From IMG/VR virus record IMGVR_UViG_3300033512_000452, positions 1 to 64,000 of that record: a stretch of 64,000 nucleotides of DNA. The stretch is one strand, 5' to 3'. The stretch comes from a virus. A model generated the notes under the pieces. That model saw only the letters and a program-made list of their open reading frames with translations, did no database searches and was not told the origin of the DNA. Position 1 is the first letter of the stretch; every line of letters starts with the position of its first letter. The translations under genes and the position numbers were made by a program. Of this stretch, positions 60,513 to 64,000 are shown piece by piece.

Positions 60513-60932
60513 TTACCCTCCTGCGAGTGCCGGTTTCCGGTGTCGGAAATCGAATTTGTTGCGGGTTTTTCGTTTAACGATCTCGAGTTGCTCTGGCGTG
60601 AGCGTGATTTTCAACCCTGTTGCGTCAACATCAATCACGATTGATTGAATGAGTTCCTTGTGTAATGCCCGGCGTAATTCTGCGTTTCGTGTTCGATGAG
60701 CCATCAGGAAGAGATTTTCCATCTCCCCTTTATTTTCCCATCGCAAAGCGTGGCGCAACTCCGGCGTTATGTCGTAGAGGTTGCTGAGGTTAGACTCAAT
60801 GGCGTGTTCAGGATCAATACCCCACTCTTCCGCTTTATCAGCAGCGGCCAGCAGCCACTTTTTGTAAGAAAGGAACACGTCGTCCTTTCTAGTTACGTTT
60901 TCGATTTTTTCTCTGAATTTATCCCAAGTCAT
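60513..60932 (-). CDS. hypothetical protein
   Basis: Start at the ATG at 60932 after GGGAGGAAGC. Confidence 0.55.
   Translation of the reverse strand: MTWDKFREKIENVTRKDDVFLSYKKWLLAAADKAEEWGIDPEHAIESNLSNLYDITPELRHALRWENKGEMENLFLMAHRTRNAELRRALHKELIQSIVIDVDATGLKITLTPEQLEIVKRKTRNKFDFRHRKPALAGG
60534..60549. repeat. two-mismatch palindrome variant TTTCCGGTGTCGGAAA
   Basis: Near the 3' end of the ORF at 60513-60932. Confidence 0.6.
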
Positions 60933-61240
60933 GCTTCCTCCCATTTTTCATCCGGGGCAATTCCGCATTTCAAGCACTTGCCGCCGGAGATTTTTACGTA
61001 TCCGCTGTCGAAGTCGTCGCGCCAGTAACTTAACTCACTGTTTTTGATTTTCGGCGCGAATTTATTCAGCGTCTCAAACATATCGTCGGTACTACGGAAA
61101 TACCCATCGAAATAAACCTTATTCTCCTCGGTGTCGAGGTATCCAATCGCCATTTCGTCTTCAAGTTCAGCAGTGAAATCAATCGCATCCTGATTGTCAA
61201 TGAACATGAAATCCAGCTCAACAGAACAGTCATTTGTCAT
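60929..61240 (-). CDS. hypothetical acidic protein
   Basis: ORF track entry. Confidence 0.55.
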   Translation of the reverse strand: MTNDCSVELDFMFIDNQDAIDFTAELEDEMAIGYLDTEENKVYFDGYFRSTDDMFETLNKFAPKIKNSELSYWRDDFDSGYVKISGGKCLKCGIAPDEKWEEA

Positions 61241-61294
61241 GCGAATTCCTCCTTTTTAAAATGAAGAGAGAAGCCCTATTTCCAGGGCTCATCT

Positions 61295-61540
61295 TTACTT
61301 GAACAGCACGCTGAACCCTTCGGCGACCCCTAATGCGGTGTCCGCACTGTAGCGGTGGTCTTTCCCTTTTGCCCGTAGGAACATATAGAGGGAAACGATG
61401 ATTGCCTTCTCGGCGATCTTGCGGATCGAGTCCTCTGCGAACTTCACCTTTGCTGCGGACTCTGCCGCCGCTTTTTCGTAAGCGTCGCAGAGGTGGGGCG
61501 TCGGCATGGACAACAGATACAAAACTTCAATTACAGTCAT
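61295..61540 (-). CDS. hypothetical protein
   Basis: ORF track entry. Confidence 0.55.
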   Translation of the reverse strand: MTVIEVLYLLSMPTPHLCDAYEKAAAESAAKVKFAEDSIRKIAEKAIIVSLYMFLRAKGKDHRYSADTALGVAEGFSVLFK

Positions 61541-61575
61541 TTTTTAACTCCTATTTAAATAAGTTGATTTAATAA

Positions 61576-62007
61576 TTAAATGGACACATGCCCTCGCTCG
61601 TAATTGTTTAGCGTGGCCTTAACATCTTTTATAGAAAAGTTATAAGTGTAGACTTCAGAGTTCACATCGTCGAAGTAGGCGCCAACAGAGAAAGTTTTAT
61701 TTCTTGGATGAACCCTTAACCAGTCACATTCGGTTTTAAACTCATTATTATCGGGCCAGTCCTCGAGTTCGATTATGCCGAGAGTGCGAGTTTTATCCCA
61801 GGTGACATCATCCTCAACGAAATCACTTTCATCAACGACAGAAATACTCCATAGCCAGGATATGTATTCTGGTTTATCTTCCGGTATTGTAATCTCCATG
61901 CGCCGCCGAAGAGTCTCTATTGTATCCTCGTCCAGCAAGAACACAACCCACCGAGGGGCAAGGTATTCATCGTTTGTAACTGCGTCCGCAACAATAAATT
62001 TCACCAC
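61576..62007 (-). CDS. hypothetical protein
   Basis: ORF track entry; AGGAGGAG upstream; GTG start. Confidence 0.55.
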   Translation of the reverse strand: MVKFIVADAVTNDEYLAPRWVVFLLDEDTIETLRRRMEITIPEDKPEYISWLWSISVVDESDFVEDDVTWDKTRTLGIIELEDWPDNNEFKTECDWLRVHPRNKTFSVGAYFDDVNSEVYTYNFSIKDVKATLNNYERGHVSI

Positions 62008-62417
62008 TCCTCCTGTTTGTCGTACAATATTTTCATTACATCGACTTCCCCGAGATCGTCCGATGGATCTTGGGACACGAACAATTTATCCTGAATGATT
62101 CTCCAAAGGATATCTTTTAAGTAGGTATCCTGTTCTAGGTCGGCGCTGATATCCAGGCGGTTGAGCATGACGTTCTCGACGTAGTAACTCTCGTCCTGTT
62201 TGATAATTTTCGCCGTGAAGCTGATGTTCTTTGCGCACTTCCCATCTGACACACGGTAGTAATTTTCAGCGAACACAACGTCATCCCTGTAAGCGAAGGA
62301 CCAGTCGCCGTCAAAACCATTTTTGTGAGGCAACTTAGATACAAGATTGGCGATGATTGGGTCCATCTCTTGATAGGAACGCATTGTGTGATAAGTGCAC
62401 CACTGTTTACTGACCAT
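62001..62417 (-). CDS. hypothetical protein
   Basis: Start moved to the ATG at 62417 (MVSKQW...), after GGGAG. Confidence 0.5.
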   Translation of the reverse strand: MVSKQWCTYHTMRSYQEMDPIIANLVSKLPHKNGFDGDWSFAYRDDVVFAENYYRVSDGKCAKNISFTAKIIKQDESYYVENVMLNRLDISADLEQDTYLKDILWRIIQDKLFVSQDPSDDLGEVDVMKILYDKQEEW

Positions 62418-62459
62418 ATACACACTCCCTGCCGTTAGGCACATTAACTTCGGCGGCGA

Positions 62460-63059
62460 TCAACCGGCCATCGCCGCTTCGCACTCGCTGAACTTTTCCC
62501 ACTTCTCTTCGACTTCCTTTTTTTCGCGGTAATCAATAACTCTTTTTGCCTCATCGATTGTCTCATTTAAGCTGTAGTACCCGTAGCACGAATCGATATC
62601 TTCAGTGTCTTTTGATATCAAATAACCAAAAACCTCACCGCGAAGGTAAGCGTCGTAAATCTTCACCTCGGCTTTTAAGAGCCGTTCTGCTCTGACCATG
62701 ATATCCTCATCAGTCTTGGTGAAAGATTCTTGAATGTCTTTTTTCGTGGCGAAAGTGAAGCCAACCGGTCCAGAGTCCCACTTATCCATAAACGGTGTTG
62801 TGCTGATTGAAATACCGCTGTGGTCGATAAGATACAGCGGGAGAATAACTGCCGCTTTCTCGTTTTTCACAATTGCTTTTTTGAGTTCCGCCCACCCACT
62901 ATAATGATCGCTTTTGTAGTCATGCTTATCTCCGAGGCTGTAGTTCCCGTGAAAGCAGATCATCTTCCCGAAGTTGTCCCACTCACGCGGGTTTTCTGGA
63001 CATTCATCGTACTTAATGACGATTTTGTGATTCTTGTACTCAAGTTCTTCTACATTCAT
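62460..63059 (-). CDS. conserved-looking hypothetical protein (ENPREWDN...GD motif)
   Basis: Start at the ATG at 63059. I recognise the sequence style from phage/plasmid hypothetical proteins but cannot name a family. Confidence 0.55.
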   Translation of the reverse strand: MNVEELEYKNHKIVIKYDECPENPREWDNFGKMICFHGNYSLGDKHDYKSDHYSGWAELKKAIVKNEKAAVILPLYLIDHSGISISTTPFMDKWDSGPVGFTFATKKDIQESFTKTDEDIMVRAERLLKAEVKIYDAYLRGEVFGYLISKDTEDIDSCYGYYSLNETIDEAKRVIDYREKKEVEEKWEKFSECEAAMAG

Positions 63060-63241
63060 GGTCCAATCTCCCATCTTTCGTAAAGATAAACATTCACCCA
63101 TTGACAGTAAGCATAAGCAGTGTGCACCCACAACCAGTAGGAAAAATCGTTAGATTGGCCTTTAATAACCAACCTATCCAAAATCCAATGACTCATGTTG
63201 TTGTCGATCCAAACAAGGATGTTCCAGATCTTTCTCTTCAC
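63056..63241 (-). CDS. hypothetical Trp-rich small protein
   Basis: ORF track entry. Confidence 0.45.
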   Translation of the reverse strand: MKRKIWNILVWIDNNMSHWILDRLVIKGQSNDFSYWLWVHTAYAYCQWVNVYLYERWEIGP

Positions 63242-63253
63242 GATATATCTCCT

Positions 63254-64000
63254 TTAAATCACCATCCCGAGAATGTCTTTGTGGTAGGCGTTGATCTTGA
63301 CGTTGTTTTCGTTGCGCACTTCTTCGATTTTGTAACCTAACTTACGGGACAGGCTTGCACACGCTCGGCCAAGAATTTGCGCTTTTGCCGTGTCTATTTC
63401 TTTGTTGTTTACACTCGCATACATTGTGACGGTCATGTAATTTGATTTTTGTGCAGGTAAAGCTAAAGATACAGATCTGTTGATGAATTCAAAAAATCCA
63501 GATTCATCAAAAGATTCAACGGCTTTGATTTTGCCAATTGACGTGATAGCTTCGATTCGATTCAAACGGTGTTCGATTTGCTCGTATTTTGTTTCATTCT
63601 CGCCAACATAATCACGAATTGAGCTAACCAACGCTTCCGCTTGCGTAACTAAAGGGTTAGATGACGATTGGTTGATTGAATACTTGCCGGTTCTACTAAT
63701 GCTAGGTAGTACATCGTGCGTGATCCAGCGTTTGAACGTCTTTATCTTTTTAATTCGCTCGATGATAAGGGGCGCGTTTGGTGACACCCCATCGTACCGA
63801 GCCATTTCTGGTTCGAAAGCGAACAACAATGAATATAACCCGGACGTATTGATCGCTGTAGCTTGTTGCTTCCGGCCAAGAGAGTCGATAACCTCGACCA
63901 TTGTTTTTTCGTCATCATCTATCCGCGACAACGAACGTTTGTGGTTTGTGTCTCCAAAGTAAGAACACACATCTTTCCCCACCAACCAGGGTTCCTGCTT
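63254..64000 (-). CDS. Bro-N domain (antirepressor-type) protein; N-terminus beyond window
   Basis: ...PWLVGKDVCSYFG...INTSGLYSLLF...FKRWITHDVLPSISRTGKY matches the Bro-N pattern. The reading frame stays open to the window edge. Confidence 0.7.
   Translation of the reverse strand, partial: KQEPWLVGKDVCSYFGDTNHKRSLSRIDDDEKTMVEVIDSLGRKQQATAINTSGLYSLLFAFEPEMARYDGVSPNAPLIIERIKKIKTFKRWITHDVLPSISRTGKYSINQSSSNPLVTQAEALVSSIRDYVGENETKYEQIEHRLNRIEAITSIGKIKAVESFDESGFFEFINRSVSLALPAQKSNYMTVTMYASVNNKEIDTAKAQILGRACASLSRKLGYKIEEVRNENNVKINAYHKDILGMVI

Noticed and set aside
1-64000. Reverse-transcriptase-based elements (retron, DGR), rRNA genes, transposases
   Set aside because: No YxDD-type reverse-transcriptase motif, no template/variable repeat pair near the fiber or tail genes, no rRNA-like sequence, and no DDE or serine transposase were recognised in any listed ORF.

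Overview
The window reads as most of a temperate, siphovirus-like dsDNA phage genome, either unintegrated or circularly permuted. A Gram-positive-type host is suggested by strong AGGAGG ribosome-binding sites, frequent GTG/TTG starts, and XkdX and Holin_LLH-like genes. All functions come from motif recognition by eye and from gene order. No searches or computations were run, and many start codons are provisional.

Layout:
- 1-4389: a compositionally distinct left end that looks more G+C-rich (not computed). It holds a partial NADAR-like gene, an iteron-like repeat array, about 750 bp without ORFs, and a minus-strand operon of seven small acidic ORFs. Those ORFs are separated by conserved structured RNA repeats, three of which fold as tRNA-like acceptor/T-arm elements.
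- 4390-39261, plus strand: an accessory operon (metallophosphoesterase, small protein, papain-like peptidase) and a promoter-to-terminator small RNA candidate. Then come an LL-H-type holin, a DUF2829 (Tad2-like) protein, a tRNA, an HNH endonuclease, large terminase and an M23/SH3 lysin. The structural genes follow: portal, scaffold, major capsid, fiber, XkdX plus membrane proteins, major tail, and a chaperone with a -1 frameshift. After them sit a 3597-aa ORF in the tape-measure position carrying an SF2 helicase-like core, and the distal tail proteins.
- 39324-64000, mostly minus strand: the replication/recombination genes are a Sak4-like ATPase split by a class-3-type intein with a LAGLIDADG domain, a Cas4-like nuclease, DnaB, an Hjc-like nuclease and DnaG. 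The nucleotide-metabolism genes are dCTP deaminase, MazG, a divergent ThyX-like protein and an NrdH-like domain. The region also holds ArdA, integrase and excisionase, a candidate attP, and two plus-strand regulator islands with consensus promoters.

Most notable signals:
- a 16-bp perfect palindrome, TTTCCGGCGCCGGAAA, dispersed through coding and non-coding DNA
- the tRNA-like punctuation repeats between the small ORFs
- the polyvalent-type giant tail ORF
- the intein
- the candidate attP, a tRNA-His 3' half flanked by arm-type repeats, with cargo genes between it and int
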